Origin: Octopus bimaculoides
Taxonomy: Eukaryota
Assembly: GCF_001194135.2 (NCBI RefSeq)
Contig: NC_069001.1
Coordinates: forward strand, 32,439,443 to 32,503,442
Direction of reading: 5' to 3'
DNA: 64,000 bases
This document shows, in pieces, positions 47,692 to 62,142 of this stretch (its first letter is position 1; the number at the start of each line of letters is the position of its first letter). The notes under the pieces were generated by a model. It did no database searches, was not told where the DNA came from, and saw only the letters and a list, made by a program, of their open reading frames with translations. A program made the position numbers and the translations under genes.

Positions 47692-50600
47692 TAATAGTTG
47701 TTTATGTTGTTATACCAATTGGTATAAAATCTTTGTACAATGAACAAGCAAGGCTCATGATACATATGACAAAATTGATATCTTGTCATTGCATCTTTTA
47801 TAGATGTTGCTATTGTTGTTGTTGTTGTTTGCCCCATGTCAATCCTGATGGAGCAGCCCTATAAACAAAGGCTTTACTGCTCTATGACCAACCCATATTT
47901 CAAGGGGTTTACAGGGCCATGTTATCCAATGTGTCCTTTCCTTATTCAAAATGGTCGGGTGTGATTCCATGGAAACCTGGCTGCTATTTGGAGCAGGTTG
48001 AAGTGACAATGTGGAAGTCCTCCATTGTTGAGTCGGCTCATGATGATGACAATGATGATGATGATTATGATGATAATGATGATGGTGATGGTGGTAAGAA
48101 CTAGGAATTGCTTGTAGGCCAAGGAGAGCCCACAAGCATAAATCAAGCCTCTTTAGGTTCTTGCAAACACCTATTTGATACCATTCATATACCTTCTCAG
48201 GTAGACACATACCAAACACACCTGCAACTAGCTAATTAATTAGGGGCTGTCTGAACATAACTGAAGGAGGCAGCAGGTCACACCGCCAAGTAGAAATAGG
48301 GGTTTAATGATGGAAGAAAGGGGTCACCGCCAGCGGTTGTTAAGCTCTAGGTCAATCTTGATCAAACATACTTATGATCAAAAGCTTTCCAGCCACGACC
48401 ATCCCTGTTGTTTTGTATACCTTGGACTACATTATTCAATGTATCCTTCAATTTTTAAGAGAGTAGGATGTGATTTATGGAAGATTTGGTTGCTATTTCA
48501 AACAAGTTGTCAAACCAATAAAAGAGCTTCTATGATGACACAGAGGCTCCGTCATTGGTTTGAAAGTAATTGTTACTGCTGCTGCTGCTGTTTAGCCCTA
48601 GGTCAGCCCTGATCAGGCTGAGTCATGATGCTGTTGTGGTTGCCCTATTCTGAAGTTTGAGGTTCAAGTGACAGAATGACTTTAGTTTAAATTAACGTGA
48701 GATTTGAAATTTCTGGTGATGAACTTGAGCCTTAGGAACTGTGCTTTGAGCAAGTTTCATAGGGGGCCAATTTACATTCCATGTTGAAAATGCTTGATCT
48801 ATGATCAAAGGTTATTCCAGCCATGACCATCCTGTCATATGTTAAAGGTATAATCCAGGATAATAATCTTGGGTAGACATGTCTCCAGTTTGTTTTTCAA
48901 TGACAGAAGAGTGTCATTTGAGGGAAATTCAGCTCTATTTCTAGCAGATCTAGCAACCTCACAGAGGCTCCCTGGTGTAGGTCAACAATAATGAATGAAG
49001 AATGAATGTGTGTGTAATAATGTAGTAATAAATCTGAATACTCAACGAGCATATTGTATATTTTAATTAATAGAGTATGTAAATGCAAGGGTCTCTCAAG
49101 CTCTCGAGTGAAGGAGAAGGATGCTGTTTAAGTGGTAGGTGCTTAACTTTCAGATATACAGTTTTCAGAAGATAAGAGATAAAACCCTCCATACCCAAAA
49201 GGGGCCACCAGTTTGTTTATTATAGGTTAATATTCCTTGATAATCTGGTATGTAATTCTGAAAGCTAGGCAAAACTGAGGCAATGTAGAGTTAACTGTAC
49301 TGCCCAAATTACACAATGAAATACCTGTTGTTGTACAAATTTGAAATTAAGGTCTTTGAATTGATTGCCTCATTCAGATAATTTAACCTTTTGCCTTTTG
49401 CCATTTTCATAAGTTTGTCCCTAAATGCCCATGCTTGTCTTCAGAGTTTTACTTAACCCTTCTCTCATATGCTCTTTGTAATATAAAGCTTTCCTTTCAT
49501 AAGCCCCAAGTTGTTCTGGTGGATGAAAAAAAAATTGGGACATGTATCATATTTGATGCATGGATGCCAATAGGCAAAAAGTTAACAAGCCCTCTGGTTG
49601 GATTCATTGCAGACAATACAGAGCTCATATCATTAAAAAATTGAAAGAAAAATGCTTAAAAAAAAAAGGAGGGTGTAAAATAGGGTTTTGTTATACATTT
49701 GGTTTGAATAAAATAAAAATAAAAGACGAAATGGGTTTCTCTTTTAGCAGTATTTGACCAGATGTAAAAATTTTTTCTTTATAATGGAGGAAGATCAGCT
49801 GAATATATTTTTTACCCCTTCTTTCTATGAGGAAAAATAAAACCCCCACCTCAACAGAAAATATATTTATAAAATATATTGATATGTTAGTAAGATCTTG
49901 TAGAATAATTAATTATATGAAGCATTTTTACTGAAATATGAGCAAAGAAAGTGTGATGAAGCCATTCACAGGATCCACCATTTTGTCTTTGCAAGTATTT
50001 ATATGGATTCAATTGTAGATGTTTCCTACTTAATTTAATTTCGCAGAAAGACAAAAAAGGAAAAAAAATTATTATCTCTTTTTTGTAACCAAATTGCAGT
50101 AAGAATGATAAGAATCTGGGTTTCATTTTTGAAGAAGGAAAAAATATATACATTTCAATGAAATAATTCTAATTTAGGGGGCAAAAAAAAAAAACCGACT
50201 CCTTACTTGATAATAATTTTAGACGGTCTAAGATACAAAATATGCAAATAGTCATGGTCACTGCCATTCGATAATTTAAACTGGTTGCGATATATTTTAG
50301 AAATTTTTACAAATTCAGATTTCAGGCAATATTTAAAAAAATACGAAGTACAAAGGGAGTAAAAAATAAAAGGAAAAAGTTCATGTTTCTTTAACAGATC
50401 TGAGTAAGATTAATGAATAAATAAATAAATCAATAAATGTATATATATATATATNNNNNNNNNNNNNNNNNNNNNNNNNNNNNNNNNNNNNNNNNNNNNN
50501 NNNNNNNNNNNNNNNNNNNNNNNNNNNNNNNNNNNNNNNNNNNNNNNNNNNNNNNNNNNNNNNNNNNNNNNNNNNNNNNNNNNNNNNNNNNNNNNNNNNN

Positions 50601-51343
50601 NNNNNNNNNNNNNNNNNNNNNNNNNNNNNNNNNNNNNNNNNNNNNNNNNNNNNNNNNNNNNNNNNNNNNNNNNNNNNNNNNNNNNNNNNNNNNNNNNNNN
50701 NNNNNNNNNNNNNNNNNNNNNNNNNNNNNNNNNNNNNNNNNNNNNNNNNNNNNNNNNNNNNNNNNNNNNNNNNNNNNNNNNNNNNNNNNNNNNNNNNNNN
50801 NNNNNNNNNNNNNNNNNNNNNNNNNNNNNNNNNNNNNNNNNNNNNNNNNNNNNNNNNNNNNNNNNNNNNNNNNNNNNNNNNNNNNNNNNNNNNNNNNNNN
50901 NNNNNNNNNATATATATATGTGTGTGTGTGTATAAAAATGAGACAATTGTTTTTCTCCCAAATAAAAAATTCAAATACATTGATATTTGCCCAAAAGTTA
51001 AGAGGAAACAACAACAGGTGTAGTGTGTGTGTGTGTGTGTTTATGTATGCAAGCACACATGCTCAGAAAGAAAGGAAGAAAGGAAGGAAGATTTACAAAT
51101 TAAAAAAAACAACTGAGTATGTATGTTTCAGGTCTTGTGGTAGTGGTTGTGATAGTGGTGGTGGTGAGGGTGAAATATGCATAGTTCGATGTATACAAGG
51201 GATGGGTTGGGGTGGTGGTCGTGGTGGTCAGGGGAGTGAAGAATGTTAAGAAGGTGGGGGAGGAAGGGGGGAAGACAAATTAATGGTAAAGAAAAACGAG
51301 AAAGAAAAAAAAAAATTAAGAACTTCAAAAAAAAATTTTCGTT

Positions 51344-51422
51344 TCAAACTTCGATGGGTTCAGTTGCATCCTTCATGTTGAATGGAAGCCCTTCTGGTGA
51401 AGCCCCAGCGCTGCTGTTGGAA
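51344..51422 (-). CDS. FU-TM gene last exon ((S)SNSSAGASPEGLPFNMKDATEPIEV*)
   Basis: Strong (CT)n-CCCTAG acceptor; phase 2 matches the upstream donor. Confidence 0.75.
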
Positions 51423-54400
51423 CTAGGGAGAGAGAGAGAGAGAGAAAATGTAAGAGAAAGGGGATAAAAGGAAATGACAAAATGAGGAAAACAAAACAAA
51501 ACAAGCAAAAATATATGGCAAAGTGAAAAATATTGGTTTCAAATCTCAGTACAAGGCCCCAGGAGGAGCTGAGTTGATTAAATTGACCCCAGTGATCAAC
51601 TGGTAATTATTTAATCAACCCCAAAAGGATGAAAGGCAAAATCGACCCTGGCAGAATTCTACCAGTTTCCTGCCTTGCAAAATGTAGAAAATATTATTAG
51701 AAAAGTCTTTCTTTGTTGATCTGTCTGTTGTTAGACAGGCAATTATCAAAGAGTCTGTTGTTAGACTCGTAATTATCCAATTGTCTGTTGTCAAATGGTC
51801 TGTTGGACCAACAGCAAGAATAATAATAACAAACAACAACAACAGGATTAGCATCAACATAAATATCAGAGAGATAGGAGAAGATGAGATGGTACAAAAA
51901 AATATTACCTTCTTTCAGAACATTCGCTGACGTAAGAAATGTCATCTTTGATAAACGTGGACATACATTTACCACTTCTTTCACTGTATGAGCTGGCACA
52001 TGTATAAATGTTGTTAGCACGGTCATTATTGTCGTTTACGTGATAGCCATTCAGATGGCGCTTATTTTTCTTTAAGTAGGCTGGCGGCTTGCTCGGTTTG
52101 TTTGGTTGATGACTGTTGAAATAAGGAATCGACACACTACTGTAGTATCCGCTATCAGCAGTTCCTACTGCTTTTGGAGCACTATGGTTGGCTAATGTTG
52201 AGGGTTTATTGTCTGTAGCTATACGGACAGCGTCTTGACAACTATCATGGGGAATTGCATATATCGGCTGGACATCAACGGATGAAATCTCAGCACGTGG
52301 TGCCTCAGAAGAAGTAGAAGAATCTTGCTGTAAACAAAAAAAATAAAGAAGAAACAAAACATATTTAAAAAATTGACTAAAGTGTAAGGTTTAGTCCTTT
52401 AGCATTCAAACCGGCTATATCTGGTCAAAATATTCTACCTGTTTTATCTTCAAACTGGCCTGATCTGGCCTCTACCACCTACCCTATAATGCCTTTCTAA
52501 AAATAAACAATTGCATCATCAAACTCTCGAAGCTACAAGAGGATGCATGAATAACTCAAAACAAAGTGAATAAATTGTGAAGATGCATGGCTCAGTGGTT
52601 AGAGCATTGAGCTCAATCATGAGGTAGTGAGTTCAATTCCCGGACTGGGCTGTGTGTTGTGTCCTTCAGCAAGATTACTTTATTCCACATTGTTCCAGTT
52701 CATTCAGCTGTAGAAATGAGTTGCGACGTCAGTAGTGCCAAGCTGTATCGGCCTTTGCCTTTCCCTTGGATAACATTGGTGGTGTGGAGAGTGGAGGTTG
52801 GTTTGCCAGGTGTGCTAATGATTCTGCCAGCTTGCTGCCTTAAAATGGTCTGATACTCTACTGACTGAGCTATGTGGGCAGACTACAAGAACATAATAAT
52901 GGAAACATTTGTTGTTTTACAGAATCCATCAGAATTCTTGATTATTTTCAATATTAACTCTAACATAAATGCTGAGTATTTCACTGGAAATATGATGATG
53001 AAATGTTTAAATATACTTTTTTACTCTAGGCACAAGGCCCGAAATTTTGTGGGAGGGGGCCAGTTGATTAGACCGACTCCAGTATGCAACTGGGATCACT
53101 GGCATTGACCACGTTCAGATGATGTGTTTTACATGTCACTGGAACGGGAGCCAGTCAGGGGGCACTGGCCACAACTACAATTTTGGTTTTACTTGACTCA
53201 ACAGGTCTTCTCAAGCATATCATATCACCTGACGCATCAAGGGTCCTTTTAAATGGGCCGGACATGCAACACTGGCATCAGACATGGCTGCGATCTCACT
53301 TTAGTTGCCAGATCTTCTCAGTTACGCATATATATATAATATGTGTGTGTGCTTGTGTGCATCTTTGTGTTTGTTCTGCACTAACACTTGATGACTGATG
53401 TCAGTTTGTTTACATTCCACTAACTTAACGGTTCAGCAAAAAAGAGCCTGATAGAATAAGTACCAGACTTAAAAAAAAAGAAAAAACCCAGTGTACTGGA
53501 GTCAATTTGCTAGACTAAAACCCTTCTAAGTGGTTCTCCAGCATGGCTACAGTTCAATGGACTGAAACAATTAAAAGAAGATGGAAAACACATGAAGATA
53601 CTGACCTGCCTCAGTTCATAGTAGTCATTGAGCATCTGTTTAGCCCATTCAAGAAGCCCTAAAGCATCAGCTGGAACACTGTTGTTGAGCTCATTTTTAT
53701 TCAAAAGTCCAAGGACCCTACACAGTTGGTTGATTACACCCCTGGAGGAAAATAACCAAAAGAAAGAACCACATATAAATTTACATATTAGATATATATT
53801 TACAGGTGAAGATGTGGCTGTGTGGTAAAAGGTTTGATATGAGGGTATGCTGGAAAGTTCCTGGCTTTAAGGGTGTTGTGAAAGGCCTGGTTGGAGGCCC
53901 AACCTTCTGAGTTCTTTTACAGGGCTTAGAAAAACTGAAGGACTGCTGCAATAAGTATGTTTATCGGAGAGGGGAATATGTTGAATAAAATCATAATTAA
54001 TTGATCCTCCTGTATTTTTCTTTTACCCAAAGTCATGAACTTTTCAGCACCCCCAACATGTGTGTGTATGTATATATACACACACACACACATATATGTG
54101 AACACTACTGTTCAGATATATTTATGAACACAACTATCACCACATAAACTTGATGATTGTGTAATGCATGAACGTATTAGTTTATTTCAACATTGCAAAA
54201 TTGTAAAAATTGTAAATAATAAAACACGAAAATCAGACTCAGTCAGAATTTCATTGATTAATATATTCTTCTATACACAACCATACAAACTTGGTTGTTT
54301 GGTTGGTTGGTTAGTTGGTTGATTGGATGTCTGTCTGTCTGTAGCACCCCTACGTATGTGATAGCTCAACTTGCAAGAAATAGTAGGTAAAAAATCTCAT

Positions 54401-57400
54401 CTAATACTACATATTGATCTCTTTTTAAAAAGAAAAGACACATCAGATAATGTAATGTAGTCTGAGTGATACTATGCCTTGGGAAAAGATGGTAATCATT
54501 GCAGAAATGCTTTTGTTCATAACTCAACTCAACCAGGACTTACCTGGGGTTATATAGCTACAACATGAGGAGAGATTGTGAAATACTTACAGAAAAATAA
54601 AGAAAGAAAATTAATTAACATTCATTCAGACAAGAATGAGATTAACACAATGGAAACGTTTTTATAATGAAAGTAAAAAAAAAAGGGGGATTTAGATTTA
54701 AAAAAAAGCAATCATAAAGATAAAGAACAGGAGATTTCTGAAAGAATTTAGAGTAAGAAGCACATGATAATAGCAGAAATAGTTGGTGATTGTAAAGGAA
54801 TTAATGTACGTACTTGTAAGTAGGTACTCGTGTATCATCTGAATTCATAGCTCGCAAACGTGTTCGCACCTGACATAGCAACTCTTCTAAGGTTTTTTTG
54901 TGAGGTCGCATTTTCTCGAGTTTGTAAAAGTAGACTTGTTCATCAATGACGCAGCTATCTGAAATGTTGACCTCTTCCGTTTCTGGTGAGTTCGTAGTGG
55001 CATTCGTGTCGGAGTCGGTGGTGGTGATGGTGGTGGTGGCGGCGGTGGTTGTAGTGGGGGTGGTGGTGGTGGTGGTGGTGGTTGTAGTAGTGGTGGTTGA
55101 AGAAGNNNNNNNNNNGGTGGTGGCGGCGGTGGTTGTAGTGGGGGTGGTGGTGGTGGTGGTGGTGGTTGTAGTAGTGGTGGTTGAAGAAGCCGACGTGATT
55201 GCAGAAAAAGGGAGAGAAAAAAAATGAGGAAGAAATAAAAGTGTAAAGGTAAGATGAAAGTAGCAAAGAACTTCTTTCCATTGTAAAAGGATTTTTTCCC
55301 CTTTCTTTTTGCTTCTAACAAGAAAAAGATTCACAATATAAAAATTTTGAAGGTCAAAGATGCCAATGTGATTGAAGATAGATAGAAAGATAGAGAATAT
55401 ATTTTCATTAATGCGCCTGGTGTTAAAACACCTGAAAGCACGGCCTACACACACACTAGCAAAACCTACCTTGTGTATATGTGTTCAATATTGTTTATAT
55501 CCCTTGAGCTGCTTCTAATTCATATTTGAATTTTTTTACTGTGGTATAAAATGTTGGGACATACCAGCAGATGGTTCTTACATTGTTTTGCATTTAGTTG
55601 TAGACAGTGATTTAGTTTGCATTGGGCCTTTTCTGGGTACATGGTGTTGATAAGTCACAACAAAGATGAAACATCAATATCCATTGCTTCTGAATAGGAT
55701 CTAATGCAAGTTATCTCACTTGTTAATGACTTCCAGATGTTTCGACACCAGGTGCATTGATGAGAATATATTCTCTTACACTGATAAGTGCAGCCTACCC
55801 ATGAACTAGCAAAACACACCTTGTGTAGGTGTGTTCAATATTGCATACACACATACACATATATATAAGATACAAGGAGTTTTCATAAAGGTGACTCAAA
55901 ATAATAGGTATGTGTTCTGAGTACTCAAGTTGGTATGCCGCTAAAATTCCGGTTTGAACAGCAGTTGAAAATTTGATTTTGTGTTTGAATAGCTGAGATA
56001 TCTTAGAAACAGCTGTTGGAGACTATCAAACCTTTTACTGTCTATATTCATAAATGTTGCTATTGTTCTGCTCCAGGTCAGTCATGATAGTAAGCCAATG
56101 ATCAAAGGCATTCCAGCCTTGATCATTTCCACTTTTTTCTATATCTATGAACATATATTTATTGCCAGTGGACCTTCCTTTTTTTCAGTGGGCAGAGTGT
56201 GAGTGTGATTTAAAGGAAGCATGACTGATATTTCTACTAAGCCAAGGCCCTCTCATTGGTTTGATATTAAATTAGACTGTATAACAAAATTTTAATTTTT
56301 GCTTTTGTCTTTGGTCAGTAAGTGTTATTTCCTATTTGCTCTCATCTAGAAAATCAAAGGAAATGACTACTATCCCCTTCAAACTTTGCTTTTTGTGACC
56401 TGGACATCAATGTTTTCAAACTGACCTATTTTCCATTACATTTCAGACAAATTCAGTGCTGAAATACTGAAGCAGAAATATCATTATAGCAAATATTCTG
56501 CTCAATACCATAGATCTGCTTGTTGGTTGCTTGACCGTAACCATTTGAGTATGTCCCTTAGTGGCTGACAATGTGTGCATCACTGATCATAAGCAGGAGT
56601 AGAGTGGGAGTATCACAGCCATATGTTGATAGGGATTCTTAGGAATTTGAATAAAAGTAACAAAAGCAATGTTTGAAGGAAATATTAGCCATTTTTCATA
56701 CTTTCCAGGGGTCAGCAAATAAGAAATAACAGTTGCTACACAAGGACAAAAATCGTGTTACACAGTGTTAGAATGTTTACTGGTAATGGAGGCATTCATG
56801 ATCATAAGATTGTGTTTTCAATTCCTAGACCAGGCAATGCATTGTGTTCTTGAGCAAAGTGCTTCATTCCACGATGAGTAATCCTCTGACGAACTGATAT
56901 TCTGCCCAGGAAGCGGGGATGAAATAGCTGCCACAGAATCCGGTAAACCTGCCTTACAAGTCTAAAGCTCAGGAAGGAACTTTAACTGGTAATGGAGAAA
57001 GAAGACAAATATTGATTTTTTTTTTTTTTTTTTTTTTTTTACAATTAGTGGATTTCAATATTTCTGTAGAAATACTTACCATAGCCCTTATTGTCGAACA
57101 CTGGTATCTGAAAATAGAAAGACAGACATATGTCTAATTAACAAAAAGTTAGAACAATTATGCATGCGTGTGTATGTGTATCTATCTATCTATCTGTATA
57201 TACATACATATATATATCAAAATAATGATTGGGCTGTTAAGAGACCTATTGCAAGAAATGCTTTTATTTTGAGTCATTGGACTGCGGCCATGCTAGGGCA
57301 GCACCTTGGAGTTCTTTGTAAAGCAAGTCAACCCAAGTACTTGTATTTTTTTTTAAAGCCTGGTACTTATTCTATCTGTCTCTTTTTGTTGTGCCACTCA

Positions 57401-57803
57401 GTTATGGGAACATAAACAAACCAACACTGGTTGTTAAGTGGTGATGGTGGACAAACTTAAAGGCATGCATTCACACACACATACACACATAGGATGGGCC
57501 TCTTTCAGTTTCCATCAACCATATCCACTTACAAGGCTTTGGTTGACCTGAGGTTATAATAGAAGACAACTGCCCAAGATGCCACACAATCTAGAACTAT
57601 ATGGTTAGGAGGCAAAATTCTTGCCACATAGCCACACCTGTATCATCATCATCATCATCATCATCATTTGACGTCCGCTTTCCATGCTAGCATGGGTTGG
57701 ACGATTTGACTGGGGACTGGCGAACCAGATGGCTACACCAGACTCCAATCTGATTTGGCAGAGTTTCTACAGCTGGATGCCCTTCCTAACACCAACCACT
57801 GTT

Positions 57804-57852
<49 letters not shown>

Positions 57853-59719
57853 ACATAAACATATATAATACACACACACACACACACACAAAACGTGCAT
57901 GATGAGCTTCTTTCTGTTGCTGCCAACCAAATCCATGTAAAATGTTTTAGTTGTCCCAAGGCTAAAGTAGAAGACACTTGTCCAAAAAGCTTTGCAGTGG
58001 GACTGAACCTGGAATCATGTGGTTGGGAAACAAATATTGTTTATGAAATGTTTGACATCAGTTTGAAAAAAAAATCAATAAAGAATATCTTTAAAATAAG
58101 TCCCTGAAATAAACCAATTTAGAAACTTTTCAAAAAAACGCAAACTTCTTCAAAAAAAAAAAAAAAAGAAAAAATAGCTTACCTTCCTAATTTTTTCATT
58201 TGGAAGATGTCTGCTTTTTAGGTTTTCTTGAAAGTTTGCACTTTGCCTGTTATTGATATATAAAGAAAAGGTGTTATCACAAAGTAGTACAAAAAAAAAA
58301 AAAAGACTATTAACAGAAATGATAGACTACATCAGTGTTTCCCAACCGTTCTACACCTATGGATCCCTTTGATTCCTATTTACTCAGGCGGACCCTCATA
58401 ACAATTCAATGTTTAAAAAATCTTATTATATTTTTTATAATTAAATATTATTTAGGAATTGTCTGAAAAAAATTGTTGAAATATTTTGTGTATTGTAGAA
58501 GTATAATTGATTTATTGCGTATAAACTTTAACAAAACCTTATGTGGACCCCTAAGGGTCATGTAGACCCTAGTTTAGAACCACTGAGCTGCATAACAAAC
58601 ACATACACAAACACACGCATATATATGATGTACTTATTACAGTGCCTGTCTACCAAATTCACTCATAAGGCTTTGGTCAACCCGAGGCTAGAGACTATAG
58701 TGTAAGACACTTGTGTAAGATGCCATACAGTGGGACTGAACCCAGAACCATGTGGTTTGGAAGCAACTCTTTGTCTGGACATCACATGATAGTTGTAAGT
58801 AAGCATTAGTGTCATTCGTTTCCTCTCATTCATGAAAACATGGGAGGATTGGCAACAGGAAGAGAAAATCGCTCATCAAAGTCCATCTGATTCATGTAAG
58901 CACAAAAAAATTAACATGTCCTTAAATACAAGCATGTTCCCTGCATTCCTCTTCAGCTGAGTGATCCTAATCTTGTGAGCTCAAGGGTGCTGGTGCCATA
59001 TAAAAAGCACCTGTGCTGGAATCATGTAAAAGTACCTGTCCTGGAACTGCATAAAAGCACCCAGTTCACTCTGTAAAGTAGTTAGCATTTAGAAGTTAGC
59101 ATCCAGTCATAGAAACCATGCCAAAACAGACAAGGGGCCCCTTGTCTGTTTTGGCATGGTTTCTATCATTTAACATCTGTCTTCCATGCTGGCAGGGGTT
59201 GGATTGTTTGACAGGAGCTGGCAAGCCAGAGGACTGCACCAAGCTTCACTGTCTGTTTTGGCATGGGTTTTGTGGACAGATGCTTTGCCTAACACCAACC
59301 ACTTTACAGAGAAAAAACAAAAAAACAAGTCAAAATGGATGTTATACTTATTTAGACAAAAACAACAGGTAACAAATAAGGTTTCCAGAATATATTATTA
59401 GCCTTACTTTTTCTTTTTTTTGCATGCAAACACAGCCAGTAGAACCAGCAGGCAGAGTATGATGCCAGCACCACAACCAGCTCCTAGACCGATCCATAGA
59501 CTCGTGTTGATTAGAGATTCTGGAAACAGAAAAACAAAGAAATACAGACATTTAATTTTTCATCATTATAAAAATGATGTAACAACTGAGATTCTGGCTT
59601 GTAGATTATAATTAGAGAACCAGAATCATATATAGGAAAATCTTTCAAAATTAATTACATTGTATTGCATAGCACACTTTTATAAACTTTAAGGACATGC
59701 ACGTGCGCGCACACATGTG

Positions 59720-59761
<42 letters not shown>

Positions 59762-62109
59762 AAACATACACATATGCATATATAAACATACATGTATGCA
59801 TTTATATATATATATATGCTTACACAAATACACACATGCATGTGCACACACACACACACAAAAACAACCCACTACAAATAATTGCCAAATCTGCCTCAAA
59901 TAATGATTGCTAATTCAATTGATAACTTCTAAAATCTGAGAAACCATTTGTGTACAGATAAGATATCTGCTGTGAATCTTTATTGACCTAGTTCAAAATA
60001 GACATTCAGAAGCAATATGTGGACACATGGTTAGTATTGTAACTTGGAAGTACTGGTTATTTTTGAGTCTTGCATCATACCCTCTTAGCAAGGTGACCCA
60101 ACATGGGTCGGTCAAGACTAGGCCTGTGTTCAAGTGTCATCCTACAGACCCCACTGGTCATCTTTTTTTCATCCAAAATCATTTTAATGCTTTCTCAATA
60201 GGCTCTATATTATTCTTGATAGCTCAAGGCTTTAATCGTGCCTCTGTTTGGTCAGAACAGGCCTGAGAATATATGATGAAAAAACACAAAAACAAAGTTA
60301 ATCACTTACCATTACAAATGTTACCCTGCAGAGGTCCTTGCAGAGAAACTTGAGAAACTCCATGACAGCTGTCCAAACAGGTATGAGTAGTTTCGTCGAT
60401 AAAATTAACACAGCTATTGAAAGAGAAAAAGACAATAAGGATGTTGATATTAATGTTTTCACATTTTGACACAGGGCCAGCAATTTTGGGGGGAGGGGGA
60501 GATAAGTCAGTTACATTGACTTCAGGGCTCGGTTGGTACTTTTTAAAAATATTTTAGTCTTTAATACTTTCTTCCTTATAATCTGACCTTTAGAGAGTAA
60601 AAGAATTTATAGTCAACCTAACCCTTTTCATCATCATCCTCATCATCATCACCATCATTTAATGTCCGTTGTCCAAGCAAGTGGCTGAACACTCCACAGA
60701 CACACATATCCTTAGATTCAGCATGACACAGAATGTGACAAGGCTGCTCCTTTGAATTACAGGCACAACTCATTTTCGCCAGTTGAGTGAATAGGAGCAA
60801 CGTAAAATAAAGTGTCTTGCTCAAGGACACAACATGCCACTGGGAATTGAACTCACTACCTTACGATCGTGAGCTGAATACCCCTAACCACTAAGCCATG
60901 CACCTTCATATCAATAGTATAAAATAAATAAGTACACACAATACAATATCGAAAGAAAATTCCAATTTATCAATCTGTGGCATTTACTGTTTGCTGCTAA
61001 TGGCTGAGCCATTTGCTAAGCTAAAACATCTATCTACTTAATATATTTGATACAATTTGCTGTTGCTTAACTGCTGTAACATACTTTTTATGGCCTTCAA
61101 CACAACAAAGCTTTAACAGAATGAAAACTAATAAAATGTGGCATCAATCTATACATTTGTCTTTATTTATCACATGTTATTGCAATAACCAAAACTAACT
61201 GCTTGATTTTTCCCCTTTTTTTTTTGATTTTTGTTATCAGATGTCTATCAATTTATGATTCATTTATTGATTTTAAGAGTTATGATGTTCATATCATTAC
61301 TAAAGCGAATGTTTTGTTTGTTCAATTGACTAAGAATAGCAGCCAAATCTTTAAATAACATCCTTTCTTCTTAAAAAGAAAAGAAGGATATATAGCATAA
61401 TGTAGTTTTATATCAAAAAGCAATCTTTATATCCAACTTAACATGGCTGTTTTGTTAGAATGCCAAATATTGTATCATTTACCTTGAGAGGAGATCTCAT
61501 ACAGACGCATGGTGCATAAAAGCACATATATGTATATATTATTATTAGACAAGAATTGTCTACTACAGGTGCTAGAACAGCCAGATCATGCGATTTCGAT
61601 CTACATGGTCTTCTCAGTGGTAGACATCTGATAGCTGCATACCAGATGAATTTCACTGGCTTGAGATATAGAATTTCAGTGTCTTTTCAGGTACTGATAT
61701 TGCTAATAGCCAGCAGGCTTATCAAAAAATTATTATTTGCAACAGAAGCAGTATCAATACATGTTCCAGACCAAAAATTGTGGCCATACTGGGGCACTGC
61801 CATGATTCATTTTAAAAACATTTCTTTTACGATAAAGTTTAAATGCTTATTGGTATTACGAGAGTAGACAGATACATACACCATCTGAAGAGAAAGCGGA
61901 TATTCAAATATGTTGATTTACATTGTGGAATTTCCTCGAGTCCCGTTAGTTATTATTGATATTTATATTTATAATGTATTTCCTATATTGAAGTGAAACA
62001 TGAGTGACAGAGAATTAAAAATGTACCAAATTTTCCAGTTTTCACTTTAATACATCCCACACATATCTACATATGTATGTATGTATGTATGTATGTATCT
62101 GTCTGTCTC

Positions 62110-62142
<33 letters not shown>

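Noticed and set aside
48100-48230. Tigger/pogo DDE-like peptide (EKVYEWY...ALLGLQAIP)
   Set aside because: Resemblance too short and degenerate to support without a search
51905-51908. TAA as the true stop of ORF 51905-52357
   Set aside because: It sits in a strong donor AAG|GTAATA that is in phase with a downstream exon at 51422. It remains possible only as an intron-retention isoform.
55032-55189. Apparent duplication of the Thr-rich repeat
   Set aside because: Two identical 74-nt copies flank a 10-N gap, a typical unmerged contig overlap. Removing 84 nt keeps the frame.
56860-56990. GC-rich minus-strand stretch (GLPDSVAAISSPLPG...) as an extra FU-TM exon
   Set aside because: The strong acceptor leads to stops in all three frames. 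The alternative acceptor is weak and has no phase-compatible donor. It adjoins a SINE remnant.
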